DNA of 35,672 nucleotides from Fidelibacterota bacterium (GCA_030620575.1 JAUXEL010000001.1:1-35672), one strand, 5' to 3'; shown: positions 18,076 to 28,081, counted from the first letter of the stretch. Notes: a model not told the origin generated them from the sequence alone. A program made the numbers and translations.

Positions 18076-18699
18076 ATGAATGTAAACAGTTTGCTTGTTC
18101 TCATACTGGCATACCTTATCGGATCATTTCCGACCGCGTGGATTTTGGGAAAAATTTTTGCGGGAAAAAAGTATGACATTCGGGAACACGGAAGCGGAAA
18201 TGTTGGTACGACCAACGCAATTCGCAATCTCGGTTGGTGGGCGGGAATAATCACTTTATTTATTGATGCTTTTAAAGGATTTGCTGTAATATACTGGTTG
18301 TCTGTGCTTCTTACCGATGTTATGACATTTGAAACGGCACGAGTCGTTCTGGCATCCATGGTACTGATCGGACATACTTTTTCGCTATTTATTAATTTTC
18401 GCGGCGGGAAGGGTGTTGCCACAACGGCGGGCATTATATTTGCCTTCCGACCGGAAATTGGATTCATCTGCATGGCGGTTTTTGCGATTGTGGTCCTGCT
18501 TTCCAGGAAGTCAGCTATTGCATCTATTACGTCCACTTTTTTCTTTCCTATTTCTAATATTATCTTCTTAAAACTATTTGATGTTGCTATTTCTTCGCAG
18601 ATGTTATGGTTCAGTGTTGCCGTTCCGTTTTTTGTTCTCTTTACACACCGGGATAATATCAGCCAAATGATCCGGGGAAAAAACAAAAAGGATTTCTAA
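18076..18699 (+). CDS. plsY: Glycerol-3-phosphate acyltransferase PlsY
   Basis: This is a 207-aa membrane protein with IGSFPTAWILGK and HGSGNVGTTNAIR motifs, plus the RGGKGVAT block. Confidence 0.9.
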   Translation: MNVNSLLVLILAYLIGSFPTAWILGKIFAGKKYDIREHGSGNVGTTNAIRNLGWWAGIITLFIDAFKGFAVIYWLSVLLTDVMTFETARVVLASMVLIGHTFSLFINFRGGKGVATTAGIIFAFRPEIGFICMAVFAIVVLLSRKSAIASITSTFFFPISNIIFLKLFDVAISSQMLWFSVAVPFFVLFTHRDNISQMIRGKNKKDF

Positions 18700-19091
18700 T
18701 GCTTAAAGTTGTTGCGGGAATTATTGAGATAGATAGGTTTATACTGCTTTGCCAGCGACACGCAAAAGAAAATCGTTTCCCTTTAAAATGGGAATTTCCC
18801 GGGGGGAAGGTTAAAGATGGAGAATCTCCACGCGAAGCAATTATCCGTGAACTCGAGGAAGAGTTAGGGATTCATGCAACCGGTATAAAACATTTTAATG
18901 AGTACGATTATCAGTACAAAAACGAATTGCCAATTAAGCTTATATTTTTTACTATAACACAATATAAACGAACCATCCAAAACCGGCAGTTTGAAACCAC
19001 GGCCTGGGTCTCTCGTGAAAAATTACATAAATATGATATCCTTGACGGTGATCAGAAACTAATTGAAATTCTGATGGCCAACACGCTTTAA
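18699..19091 (+). CDS. NUDIX hydrolase (MutT-like)
   Basis: It has a Nudix box (GGKVKDGESPREAIIRELEEELGI). The start overlaps the plsY stop (TAATG). Confidence 0.8.
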   Translation: MLKVVAGIIEIDRFILLCQRHAKENRFPLKWEFPGGKVKDGESPREAIIRELEEELGIHATGIKHFNEYDYQYKNELPIKLIFFTITQYKRTIQNRQFETTAWVSREKLHKYDILDGDQKLIEILMANTL

Positions 19092-19107
19092 GTATATTTT
19101 ATTGGTC

Positions 19108-21459
19108 TTAATTTGCGGGTTTTAAAAAACCTTTGTAATAACGAATAAGGCGCACGCCGCTGCTGCTGCGGGGATGATCCGGGTCGAAGGTAATGCGCCG
19201 GATTATTCCATACGTATCCTCTAGTGCGCTCATCCTTTGCTGAATATCACTGGCAGAATGACCGCCGTTTTCAATAACATCCATGAGAACATTCATGCTT
19301 TCATAACCGTAAACATGGATACGGTTTGCCTGTATGTTGGTTTTCTGAAAGAAATATTTTGCGAAACGCCGCAAATGGATATCTTTAGAATTCCAGTAAT
19401 AATCACTGGCGATCATCATACTGTCGATATTGGAACGGTAGCGGTTCAGAATGTTTATCTGATACCAATTCCCATCGCCGAGTAAATATGTATCAAAGCG
19501 ATTCTTTGCCCACTGGGGTGCGATAAATTGAATATGGCTCTGTGGAATAGGAATATACACCGCATCGATGCCGTAATCTTCATAGGGAAAAATATAGGGG
19601 AAAAGATTGCTGTCTACTTCTGAAAGCAGCCAAAGGGCTGAAATAGAATCTATATTGGCCAGCTTAATCTTTAATGAATCTATCAATTCCAGATTAATAT
19701 AAGGTTTGATCTCCAGGGTATCTTCAACTATCCTGGAAAAAGTAAATTCATCGGTATATTGCGAATCTATAAGGGTAGAATACATATTAACAAGCATGCT
19801 GTCAACCCACGCGGGGATTGCATTGTCATCAATTTCATCTAAAAGAATACATATGCTGTCGCTTATAATTGTATTGTGTTTTTCTTCAAGTGAAATTTCA
19901 AGGGATAGCCAATTGCGAGCATGATCTACAAGTTTTTGCAGTAATGTGTCCGATGGTGTTTTGCTGCTATCCATTGCTCCCCACAAAAGAATTTCATACA
20001 CCGTAGAATCCGGCCACAAAGTTTCCAGTATAAAGGTAGTATCGGGAGCGAACAGAGTATCTTCATAGGAAATAGCATAGAGCGAGTCAATAAGCAGACT
20101 GTCATAAGCAAGGGAGTCGGTAAAAATACTGTCCATTACGCTGACTAATAAACTGTCGCTTACGGTGCTGGTGTCGATATCAAAATATCCGGAATCCCGG
20201 GCCTCATAAAATCCTTTCAGATATGAAAAATATGGCGGTATATATTCTGCTTCATCTTTCATCTCTGCAAGTTTGTCATTAATATTTGTCGGTGTTCCCG
20301 TATACCATACATTATAAACAACTTGACCATTGTTCTTTTCTATATTGTGGGTAAATGCGTTCGACATGTCAATACCGTATTCTGTAGATGGCGCTACGAT
20401 CGCAAAGCGTTGATATCCCAGTGAGTCGGTAGCATAATCTGCCAACACCCGTGCCCGTTGCTGCTGCTCGGGATTTAACTGGAAAATCGACTCTCCCATA
20501 TCAATAAGTTTGTCTGCGGTTGCCGTCGGTGTGATCAGCGGCACACCCGCATATTCACAAAGAGGTGCCATGGAAATAGCCATGTCACTGGTCAATGGAC
20601 CGATAACGGCAGAAATGTTCTGCATTTCCAGTAATATCTTTAGATTTTTTAAGCCGGTTTTAATTTTACTTTCGGTGTCAACAATGATGATATTAACCCG
20701 TTTCTTGCTTTTACTGCGATTGGATTCATAAGAGTATTTAATACCTTCAAGTAACTGATTTCCGGTTTCGGAATATTTCCCGGTCAGCGGTAACACTATT
20801 GCAATATTGATCTCCGCGCTTTCGTCTTTTTTGCTTTTATTGAGGTATTTAATGATCTCTTTGTACTTTTTAATATACGCAACGGAGTTCAGCTCTGTTT
20901 TAACTTCCTGCAGCAAGCGGTTTGCTTCTGTATAATTACCTGTGGCAATACTGCGATCCGCCCAAATAAGTTTTAAATATATCAGCGACTCTTTACCAAT
21001 TACCATAAAGGACAAGGCTTCAAGATCTGCCGGCGACAAATAATAACGAGAAATATCTTCGCAGAATAACATCACATCCTTCAGTAGAGATTTATCCTGG
21101 CTATAAGATAAAACTTTGATGGCTGAAAGCATCGCGGGATAAAATTGCTGCTTCATGGCAAGGGCTTTTGCACGTTCAAATAAAACATCGGGAAAGTACT
21201 GGCTTGTTGTAAATATTCGTTCAAAAATGCGGCTGTTCTCAATAGCCTGATCATAATTCCCCAGCTCAAATTCACATTTTATGATCATAAATAGTGAAAC
21301 CGCGGCAAATACATTTTCATCCGGCGATTCTGAATGATAGGATTCCCGAAAAGTTTCAACTGCTTTTTCGTAAGCTCCGCGCTGAAATTGCTGGATACCC
21401 TGATCCACGGTAGCACGGTTTGCCGCCAAAACAGGTGCCAGCATAAGCAGAACTAACAT
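19108..21459 (-). CDS. Secreted TPR-repeat protein fused to a type-1 periplasmic-binding-protein fold (LpoA-like architecture)
   Basis: It has an N-terminal hydrophobic leader and a TPR-like region of about 200 aa. A LivK-like PBP1 core follows (IAIVLPLTGKYS ... VIGPLTS ... PLITPTA). That core is interrupted by an acidic insert of about 220 aa. Confidence 0.6.
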   Translation of the reverse strand: MLVLLMLAPVLAANRATVDQGIQQFQRGAYEKAVETFRESYHSESPDENVFAAVSLFMIIKCEFELGNYDQAIENSRIFERIFTTSQYFPDVLFERAKALAMKQQFYPAMLSAIKVLSYSQDKSLLKDVMLFCEDISRYYLSPADLEALSFMVIGKESLIYLKLIWADRSIATGNYTEANRLLQEVKTELNSVAYIKKYKEIIKYLNKSKKDESAEINIAIVLPLTGKYSETGNQLLEGIKYSYESNRSKSKKRVNIIIVDTESKIKTGLKNLKILLEMQNISAVIGPLTSDMAISMAPLCEYAGVPLITPTATADKLIDMGESIFQLNPEQQQRARVLADYATDSLGYQRFAIVAPSTEYGIDMSNAFTHNIEKNNGQVVYNVWYTGTPTNINDKLAEMKDEAEYIPPYFSYLKGFYEARDSGYFDIDTSTVSDSLLVSVMDSIFTDSLAYDSLLIDSLYAISYEDTLFAPDTTFILETLWPDSTVYEILLWGAMDSSKTPSDTLLQKLVDHARNWLSLEISLEEKHNTIISDSICILLDEIDDNAIPAWVDSMLVNMYSTLIDSQYTDEFTFSRIVEDTLEIKPYINLELIDSLKIKLANIDSISALWLLSEVDSNLFPYIFPYEDYGIDAVYIPIPQSHIQFIAPQWAKNRFDTYLLGDGNWYQINILNRYRSNIDSMMIASDYYWNSKDIHLRRFAKYFFQKTNIQANRIHVYGYESMNVLMDVIENGGHSASDIQQRMSALEDTYGIIRRITFDPDHPRSSSGVRLIRYYKGFLKPAN

Positions 21460-21481
21460 TAGGCCGCATCGCGCCCATTTT

Positions 21482-22252
21482 TTACTGTTTTCCCTGATAA
21501 TCCAATCCTAAGGCTTTAATACTTTTTATTTTGTTATACGCCGTTAAATTAAATTGGATCGGCGTTACTGAAATATAATTGCTTTTTATGACAGTATCAT
21601 CTATTGTTTCAGATTCTACTTTTTCTTTTTTTATACCGGACATCCAATAGTAGGTTCGTCCCTTGGGATCTACCCGCTTATCAAAAGCTTCCTGCCAATG
21701 TGCCATTCCCTGTTCGGAAATTTTCACACCGGCAATATCATCTGAATTTGTTACATTTGGAACATTGACATTTAATAGAATTCCCTCCGGCATACCTTTT
21801 TTCTGAATTGTTTTTACCATATCGCGAATGAATCGCGCAACGGGTTCCCAGTTGGGATTTTTATATGTTGCCAGACTTACCGCAATACCCGGAATACCGT
21901 TAAATACCGCTTCAGCTGCTCCGCTGACCGTTCCGGAATAAAGGACATTCAAGCCGGTATTGCATCCGAGATTAATACCTGATATAACCAGGTCCGGTCG
22001 TTCATCCATGATCTCTGTCAGCGCTAACTTTACACAATCTGCCGGTGTACCGCAAACTGCTAGTCCTTCAAATTTTCCATTCTTATAAGGCTTCACCGAC
22101 ATAGGTTTATCTAAGGTAATGCCATGGCTGACAGCACTGCGTTCTCCGTCCGGTGCTACGACAGTAATGTTTCCCAGATCACATACCGCATCATATAAAA
22201 TGCTGATTCCCGGTGCGTTAATGCCATCGTCATTTACGAGTAATATATTCAC
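21482..22252 (-). CDS. surE: 5'/3'-nucleotidase SurE
   Basis: The N-terminus ILLVNDDGINAPGI and the rest of the sequence are SurE-like. The start codon is GTG, overlapping the rimI stop (GTGA). Confidence 0.9.
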   Translation of the reverse strand: MNILLVNDDGINAPGISILYDAVCDLGNITVVAPDGERSAVSHGITLDKPMSVKPYKNGKFEGLAVCGTPADCVKLALTEIMDERPDLVISGINLGCNTGLNVLYSGTVSGAAEAVFNGIPGIAVSLATYKNPNWEPVARFIRDMVKTIQKKGMPEGILLNVNVPNVTNSDDIAGVKISEQGMAHWQEAFDKRVDPKGRTYYWMSGIKKEKVESETIDDTVIKSNYISVTPIQFNLTAYNKIKSIKALGLDYQGKQ

Positions 22253-22695
22253 ACATTCTCCAGTTTTTTGGTTAATATCAATGCGTTTGAAAGATCGTAT
22301 TCATAGTAATGCGGACGAATGCCGACCTGCTTAAAATCTTGTTTGCTGTAGAACTCCCTGGCTGTTTGGTTTTGTTCACTTACTTCAAGGGTAATACTTT
22401 TTATGTGATGATCGGAAGCATATTGTATCATTTTATCTAATAATCTCTGTGCAAGTCCTTGTCTTCGTACATCCTTGCGAACCGCAATATTATTCAGGTG
22501 CAATTCACTGCCTATTTCCCAGAAGCACACATAGGCACATAGTTTATCATCACACAGTACAACCCAGTTGTGAGCTACCTGTTGCCGCAGTTCATATAAA
22601 AAATTCTCCGTAATCCAAGGTTCATTAAAACACTCCTTTTCAATTTGCATGATATCCGGGATATCACTTGCTTTCATATCCCGCAGCTCTATCAT
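22249..22695 (-). CDS. rimI: GNAT N-acetyltransferase, ribosomal-protein-alanine acetyltransferase type
   Basis: It has a GNAT fold with the RRQGLAQ motif and the classic position next to tsaB. I chose the ATG at 22695 because it forms an ATGA overlap with the tsaB stop. Confidence 0.7.
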   Translation of the reverse strand: MIELRDMKASDIPDIMQIEKECFNEPWITENFLYELRQQVAHNWVVLCDDKLCAYVCFWEIGSELHLNNIAVRKDVRRQGLAQRLLDKMIQYASDHHIKSITLEVSEQNQTAREFYSKQDFKQVGIRPHYYEYDLSNALILTKKLENV

Positions 22696-23345
22696 GCCGG
22701 TGTCTCCGGATTCCATATTTTCGGTTTATATTCCATTCCATATTCCAGTACCAGGCTGTCATAATCAATTCCGGCACTGTTGTTCATATATGTTATATAA
22801 TAATTCCCTATGGCAGAGGGCATGATCGCTTTTTCTGTGATCGAAACATCCCGGATCTCGTTAAGTGCTTCATTGCTTACAATATGCCGGCAAGCGGGAT
22901 ACCAGTTCATAATATCTTTTATCTGCCCATAACGAATATGTATGGAATTAATATTTTTTTGTATTTCTGCGGCATAAATATAATCTTTATGTGATCGAAT
23001 GACACAAATAGGTCGTTCGGTCATATTGATTTTTCTTATCGCGGCTGCCATAAAGGCCTTCATTGTGTTTACACCGGCAAGCGGGATCTGGTGCGGGTAT
23101 ACCAGGCCCTTGGCAAAACTCATGCCGATGCGCAAGCCCGTAAAGGAACCCGGTCCGACAGAAACCACCACAGCAGCTAATTTTTGAACCCGGATAGTTT
23201 GTTCTTCAAATATTTGTCCAACAAGTCCTACCAATTTTTCCGCGTGTACCCGGGGTTCTTTGAAATGTATTTCAGCAATACATTCGCCGGCTTCATGTAG
23301 CGAAACACCACACACAAGTGAAGATGTTTCTATAGCTAAGATCAT
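22692..23345 (-). CDS. tsaB: tRNA t6A37 biosynthesis protein TsaB
   Basis: The N-terminus MILAIETSS is characteristic of YeaZ/TsaB. It also has the GPGSFTGLRIG motif. Confidence 0.85.
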   Translation of the reverse strand: MILAIETSSLVCGVSLHEAGECIAEIHFKEPRVHAEKLVGLVGQIFEEQTIRVQKLAAVVVSVGPGSFTGLRIGMSFAKGLVYPHQIPLAGVNTMKAFMAAAIRKINMTERPICVIRSHKDYIYAAEIQKNINSIHIRYGQIKDIMNWYPACRHIVSNEALNEIRDVSITEKAIMPSAIGNYYITYMNNSAGIDYDSLVLEYGMEYKPKIWNPETPA

Positions 23346-23789
23346 TTATAACTCCAGGTGTCTCGGTGATAAAATTTTAATACTACGCGTGTGGTCATCA
23401 ACATAATCCATGTGTAAGTCAATACTGTCCCCGGGAATATGCCGGGCAATATTCTTCGGCCACTCAATTAGCACAATACCGTCTTTCTCTAAATATTCTT
23501 CAAACCCCAGCATGATAATTTCATCGGGGTGTTTAATACGGTAACAGTCAAAATGAAAAATGGGCATATCGCCATTATATTCATTGATCAGTGTAAACGT
23601 TGGACTGGTGGCCGGCTGGTCGGCATGGTAATATTCACAGACCCCTTTAGCGAAGGTGGTTTTTCCGGTAGCCAGATCACCAAAAAGAGCTATAACATCA
23701 TTCGGACGAAACTGAGTGGCTATCCGGCGCCCCAGTTCAACGGTTTCTTCAGGCGAATTGCTTTGCAGAATATATTGGTGTTTTGTCAT
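23346..23789 (-). CDS. tsaE: tRNA t6A37 biosynthesis ATPase TsaE
   Basis: It has a Walker A motif (GDLATGKTTFAKG) and the SPTFTLINEY motif. The product is 147 aa. Confidence 0.9.
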   Translation of the reverse strand: MTKHQYILQSNSPEETVELGRRIATQFRPNDVIALFGDLATGKTTFAKGVCEYYHADQPATSPTFTLINEYNGDMPIFHFDCYRIKHPDEIIMLGFEEYLEKDGIVLIEWPKNIARHIPGDSIDLHMDYVDDHTRSIKILSPRHLEL

Positions 23790-25354
23790 CGTTTTGGACT
23801 TAGAGTTGCTACCGGAAGGATCATTTCATCCATGGATATACCGCCATGTTGAAAGGTGTCCGGATATTTCTTTTCGTATTTTTTCATGTTATTCGGATAA
23901 AGAAAAAAGTAATCGTCTTTCGCAAAAATATAGGTAGAAGTAAGATGTGTTTGCGGTAAACGAAACATGCTCGTGTCTTTTATATATACTGCCGCTTTAT
24001 TGGAAACGACTAAATTCCTGCCGGTTTTATAGCGCAAACTATTTGTGGAGTCCCGATCGGCCTTCACCAGCGATCCGCGTTTTACCCGCAGACTGCCATG
24101 ATCGGACGTGATTACAACATGAAATCCCGCTTCACCCGCAAGCTCGATAATACGTCGCAAATAGGAACCTTCTATCCAGTTACGCACCACATTGCGATAT
24201 CCGGCTTCATCCGGAACGATCTCCATAAGTACATTTGAGACTGAGCGTTTGTGAGCCAGAATATCTACAAAATTGGCAACCAATACGATCAGGTCATTAT
24301 TTTTTATATCCGAAAATCTGTTGGCAAGATTATCACCGTATTTCGAATCTGAAATTTTATGAAAGGAATTGCCGTTTTTCAAATGCAGTCCGGCTTTTTT
24401 AAGATACGCGTCTATCAGTTTATCTTCGTATCGATTCATGCTTTCTTCACTGTCGGGATTAGCATACAGATCGGGGTATACAACATTGATAGCGTCCGGA
24501 TACATACCCGCAAAAATTGCATTACGACTGTAGGGCGTAGCGGTCGGTAAAATACTTAAATGGGATTTCAATTCCGTATCGAATTGATTATAAAACAACG
24601 GCGCTACGGCCAACCAATGGTCATAACGCAAACAGTCAATAAGTACAAACAGCGTTTTTTTGTTCTGTTTTAATAATGGCTTAACAAATGTATCCATAAC
24701 CTGCGGGGACATGGGAATATCCGGAGAATGTTTAACCCAGTAGGGATATTCATTAACGACAAGACGTTGAAATTCTTTATTTGCCGTTTCCTGCAATTCC
24801 GTTAAAAAGTGTTCGAGATCATACTGAATGTTTTTTGCGAATTCAATCTGCCAGTAAGCAAGTTTGTTGTGAATTTGCGCCCATTCATCAACAGAGGTGA
24901 TACGCTCATACAGCTTCATGGTCATTTCCCTGTAAAATGCCATAAATTCTTTCGCGCGCGCATCCCGCGCAATATCGACACTGTCTAAGTTTTTTTTCAG
25001 ACTTAAAAGAACCTGTGAAGGATTAATGGGCTTGGTAAGATAATCGGAAATTTCTTTCCCGATAGCATCCTCCATCAGAGATTCTTCTTCGTTTTTAGTG
25101 ATCATAATGACCGGCATTTCCGGACGGAGCTTCCGGATACGTTCCAGCACTGCCAATCCGTCAAGTCCATCCATCATTTCATCCAGCAGCGCGGCAGCAA
25201 TATATTCATGCTTGATAATTTCAAGAGCGTCCACGCCATTGGTCGCCGTTTTGACTTCATAGCCTTTTTCTTCAAGAAACATGATGTGCGGACGAAGAAG
25301 ATGTATCTCGTCATCCACCCATAAAATTGCACGTTTGTTTGTGTTTTCAGTCAT
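23786..25354 (-). CDS. porX: Response regulator with a receiver domain fused to a PglZ (alkaline-phosphatase-superfamily) domain, PorX type
   Basis: It has a CheY-like N-terminus (ILWVDDE ... LLDEMMDGLDG ... ITK). The C-terminal PglZ-like blocks are LIDCLRYDHW and TSDHGS. At 522 aa it is close to PorX in length. Confidence 0.7.
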   Translation of the reverse strand: MTENTNKRAILWVDDEIHLLRPHIMFLEEKGYEVKTATNGVDALEIIKHEYIAAALLDEMMDGLDGLAVLERIRKLRPEMPVIMITKNEEESLMEDAIGKEISDYLTKPINPSQVLLSLKKNLDSVDIARDARAKEFMAFYREMTMKLYERITSVDEWAQIHNKLAYWQIEFAKNIQYDLEHFLTELQETANKEFQRLVVNEYPYWVKHSPDIPMSPQVMDTFVKPLLKQNKKTLFVLIDCLRYDHWLAVAPLFYNQFDTELKSHLSILPTATPYSRNAIFAGMYPDAINVVYPDLYANPDSEESMNRYEDKLIDAYLKKAGLHLKNGNSFHKISDSKYGDNLANRFSDIKNNDLIVLVANFVDILAHKRSVSNVLMEIVPDEAGYRNVVRNWIEGSYLRRIIELAGEAGFHVVITSDHGSLRVKRGSLVKADRDSTNSLRYKTGRNLVVSNKAAVYIKDTSMFRLPQTHLTSTYIFAKDDYFFLYPNNMKKYEKKYPDTFQHGGISMDEMILPVATLSPKR

Positions 25355-25604
25355 CTAATTAATTTAATCCTAAATTTGAGTGAAGCAAAGTGATTTGCGT
25401 TTGACACAGTATTTATTACCGGGATGTCCGTAAGTTCCATTGTTTGAAAGAATATTGGTATTTTTCTTTATTTCACAGAGAATATTATTTATTTTAGGGT
25501 GTTTTATTAAGGTATCCAATGTAATTGTATGACATTACAAGAAAGAGAAAACTCTATCGCGATATTTCAGTATTTACCGCATGCAAAATAAGAAATAAAT
25601 CATA

Positions 25605-26609
25605 ATGAATTTATCGAAAACAGCAAAAGAAAAATTCAATAAGGGTGAACGTATTGTAGCTCCCTTGCTTGGTTTTCCGGCAGTCAAAGCTGCGGGAACC
25701 ACGATCAAGCTTGCACAGCAAAATGCCGAAGAACATATGAAAGTCATACGCCGGATACAGAAAATTTGGTCTCCGGATGTGATCTTTACCTTGATGGATC
25801 TCTCAGTAGAAGCAAATGCCTTGGGAAGAGAGACGTATTTTCCACCTTTTGAAGCCGCTACGGTTGCAGGAATGGATTATAAAATGGAACGAGACCTCTC
25901 CGTGCTTGAAAACATCAATATCCTTGATGATGGCCGTCTCCAATCCTATGCCGAAACACTGCGGCGTATGAAAAAAGAATTACCCGAAAATACCCTGCGT
26001 GCTGCTTACGTGACCGGCCCTTATACGCTGGCCGGCCTGATCATGGGTACGGAAAATGCTGCGATACAGGCCCTCGCGGATCCGGAAGATTTTCATAAAC
26101 TCTGCCAAATGTGCCGTGAAAAGATTTTGGATTATACGCGCCTTCTCATTGAATCCGGAGCACAAATGGTCGCAGTCCTTGATCCCAGTGCCATGATGTT
26201 AAGCCCGGATTTATTCAGAAAATTTGCTCTTGAATATGTAAATCCGATTACAGTGCTTTGTCATGAACATGATGTCGCCGCAATTTTGCATGTCTGCGGA
26301 AATACTGAACATCTTCTCGGGGAAATGAATGTTTCCGGCGTGGATGCTCTCAGCTTAGATTCGGATGTTGATTTCACCAAGGCCGCAAAAGTCATTGATG
26401 AAAAAATTGTATTGATCGGTAATTTATGTCCCACCGGAAAGATCATGTCGGGTTCACCGAATGATGTTCGGCAAGATGTCGAGAAGCTTTTGGATTCCAT
26501 GGAGAATGTGCCGAACTTCATTTTAAGTACGGGCTGTGACCTTCCTCCGGAAGTTCCAGAAGAAAATGTTAGCGCTTTCATGAAAGCCGCCAGAAATAAG
26601 AGAGTATGA
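25605..26609 (+). CDS. Uroporphyrinogen-decarboxylase family protein, MtaA/CmuA-type methyltransferase-like
   Basis: This is a 334-aa URO-D fold protein. It has the Zn-ligand pattern HVCGN ... STGCD seen in methylcobamide methyltransferases. Confidence 0.7.
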   Translation: MNLSKTAKEKFNKGERIVAPLLGFPAVKAAGTTIKLAQQNAEEHMKVIRRIQKIWSPDVIFTLMDLSVEANALGRETYFPPFEAATVAGMDYKMERDLSVLENINILDDGRLQSYAETLRRMKKELPENTLRAAYVTGPYTLAGLIMGTENAAIQALADPEDFHKLCQMCREKILDYTRLLIESGAQMVAVLDPSAMMLSPDLFRKFALEYVNPITVLCHEHDVAAILHVCGNTEHLLGEMNVSGVDALSLDSDVDFTKAAKVIDEKIVLIGNLCPTGKIMSGSPNDVRQDVEKLLDSMENVPNFILSTGCDLPPEVPEENVSAFMKAARNKRV

Positions 26610-26658
26610 AGTAAGCAGAAGTCAGTTCGAAATTGTTATCTTGATTCCTTCTGCGCTA

Positions 26659-26674
26659 CCCCGATATTTCGGGG
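26659..26674. terminator. Short hairpin CCCCGA-TATT-TCGGGG between convergent genes (weak terminator candidate)
   Basis: It has a 6-bp GC-rich stem with a 4-nt loop. There is no U-tract on either side. It resembles the hairpin part of module C. Confidence 0.25.
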
Positions 26675-26725
26675 ATGAAAAGCTTAAAAAAGATGGGGTT
26701 TTAACCACAGGTAAGTTTTTAGATG

Positions 26726-28081
26726 CTATTTCATTCGCATTTCTATTTCACCCGCAATGCCGTCATTGTTCATTAAAATACTGCATCGAAATGTTCCGAG
26801 CATAAAGGAATATACTAAGTCAATATATCTGGCTGTTTCCGTTGCTACGCGCTGGATGAGATATCTGTTGTAATTCATCGGACGCAGAAGGTACAATATA
26901 GTTTCATCGCTTCGGCCGTATGTGGACTGTAGGCGTAATATATGATTCCCGCTGCGATAAGTCAGTCGACACAAAACCGAAAAAGCGTTGCCCTTTAATA
27001 TATCCGCTTGTATTTGTGTATCGAGTTTTAGCGTTTCATTAATTTTTATTTTTATGCGGGTTTTAAGTATTCCGCTTTCTGTTTTCTGCCATTCCGGCAC
27101 GTAAGGAAATATCTTGCCTGGATTTAGTTTGTTGAGTTCTTTCTGTATATAACTTATTCCTATCTCACAGGGTGATTTGCGATATAATGCATCAAGCAGA
27201 AGACGTTTTTCATGTCGTTGAGCGTGATAAATATGATATGCCGTTCCGCGAATTTTCCATTTTCCCGGGGAGAATATTATCCCGCCAATAAATCCAATAC
27301 TTCCCGGAGTTAGCCCCGTGCCCCATTTGCTGTCTGCATCGTATTCAACAAAAGAAGAGCCTATCCGTATTGCTCCAAAATGCCAGCGGAAGGGTGAATG
27401 TGATATCAGCGCATCCGCAGAAATATGATTCAATCCGGAGAATGTTATTGATCCATTAATTGCCCCCCTGAATACCTGCCCGCGGTATGTTGTCCATGAT
27501 TCACAAACCGGATTATCCAATCCATAAATTGCCAAACCTGCTTGTATATTTTCCCGGCGTATTTGTCCTATCGCAGAGAAAATGCCGTCATACCGGAAAA
27601 CGGATAATGATACATCTTTTATATGTAAACCCAGATAATACAAGGACGGATAATATTCATAATTTTTTATTTTCAACCGCGAAGTGCCCATCCTGAAATT
27701 AGCAAGCGGATCCGGCGAAAAGCGCATCATGGTATTGCCTAAAATGACGCCCTGCGCAATATGCGGACGCCCCCGGCCGATGCCTGCCTGAATAAAGCGC
27801 GACTGAAATGCGCAAGAAAATACCTGTTCCGGATCATTTTCCTCTCCGGTATTTCGGTAATATAATGTAAGGGGCTGACGTTCGATCACAATAGTATTTT
27901 TATAACTGACACTATTTTTCAGTGTTATGCGACTGCGAATTAACGCGCGAATTTCAGACTCTTCAAAATAGCGGGCGGACATCAATTCCGGAAAACTCAG
28001 TGAATCTTGCGCATTTGCAATTCCCGCGAAGAACATAACTATGAGAAGCAATATTATCGGGAGTATGTAATTAATACGCAT
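26726..28081 (-). CDS. Hypothetical secreted protein, outer-membrane beta-barrel-like
   Basis: I chose the start at 28081 (MRINYILPIILLLIVMFFAGIANAQ), which gives a clean signal peptide. The sequence has beta-strand-like alternating patterns. It overlaps the upstream gene by 11 nt. Confidence 0.5.
   Translation of the reverse strand: MRINYILPIILLLIVMFFAGIANAQDSLSFPELMSARYFEESEIRALIRSRITLKNSVSYKNTIVIERQPLTLYYRNTGEENDPEQVFSCAFQSRFIQAGIGRGRPHIAQGVILGNTMMRFSPDPLANFRMGTSRLKIKNYEYYPSLYYLGLHIKDVSLSVFRYDGIFSAIGQIRRENIQAGLAIYGLDNPVCESWTTYRGQVFRGAINGSITFSGLNHISADALISHSPFRWHFGAIRIGSSFVEYDADSKWGTGLTPGSIGFIGGIIFSPGKWKIRGTAYHIYHAQRHEKRLLLDALYRKSPCEIGISYIQKELNKLNPGKIFPYVPEWQKTESGILKTRIKIKINETLKLDTQIQADILKGNAFSVLCRLTYRSGNHILRLQSTYGRSDETILYLLRPMNYNRYLIQRVATETARYIDLVYSFMLGTFRCSILMNNDGIAGEIEMRMK

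Noticed and set aside
17949-18686. 245-aa ORF on the minus strand
   Set aside because: It lies entirely antisense to plsY, which has unambiguous family motifs. The composition is low-complexity and non-protein-like.
23786-25354. PglZ domain as a marker of a BREX phage-defence system
   Set aside because: Here PglZ is fused to a CheY-like receiver (PorX architecture) and sits in a housekeeping operon. No BrxA/B/C/L or PglX genes are present.
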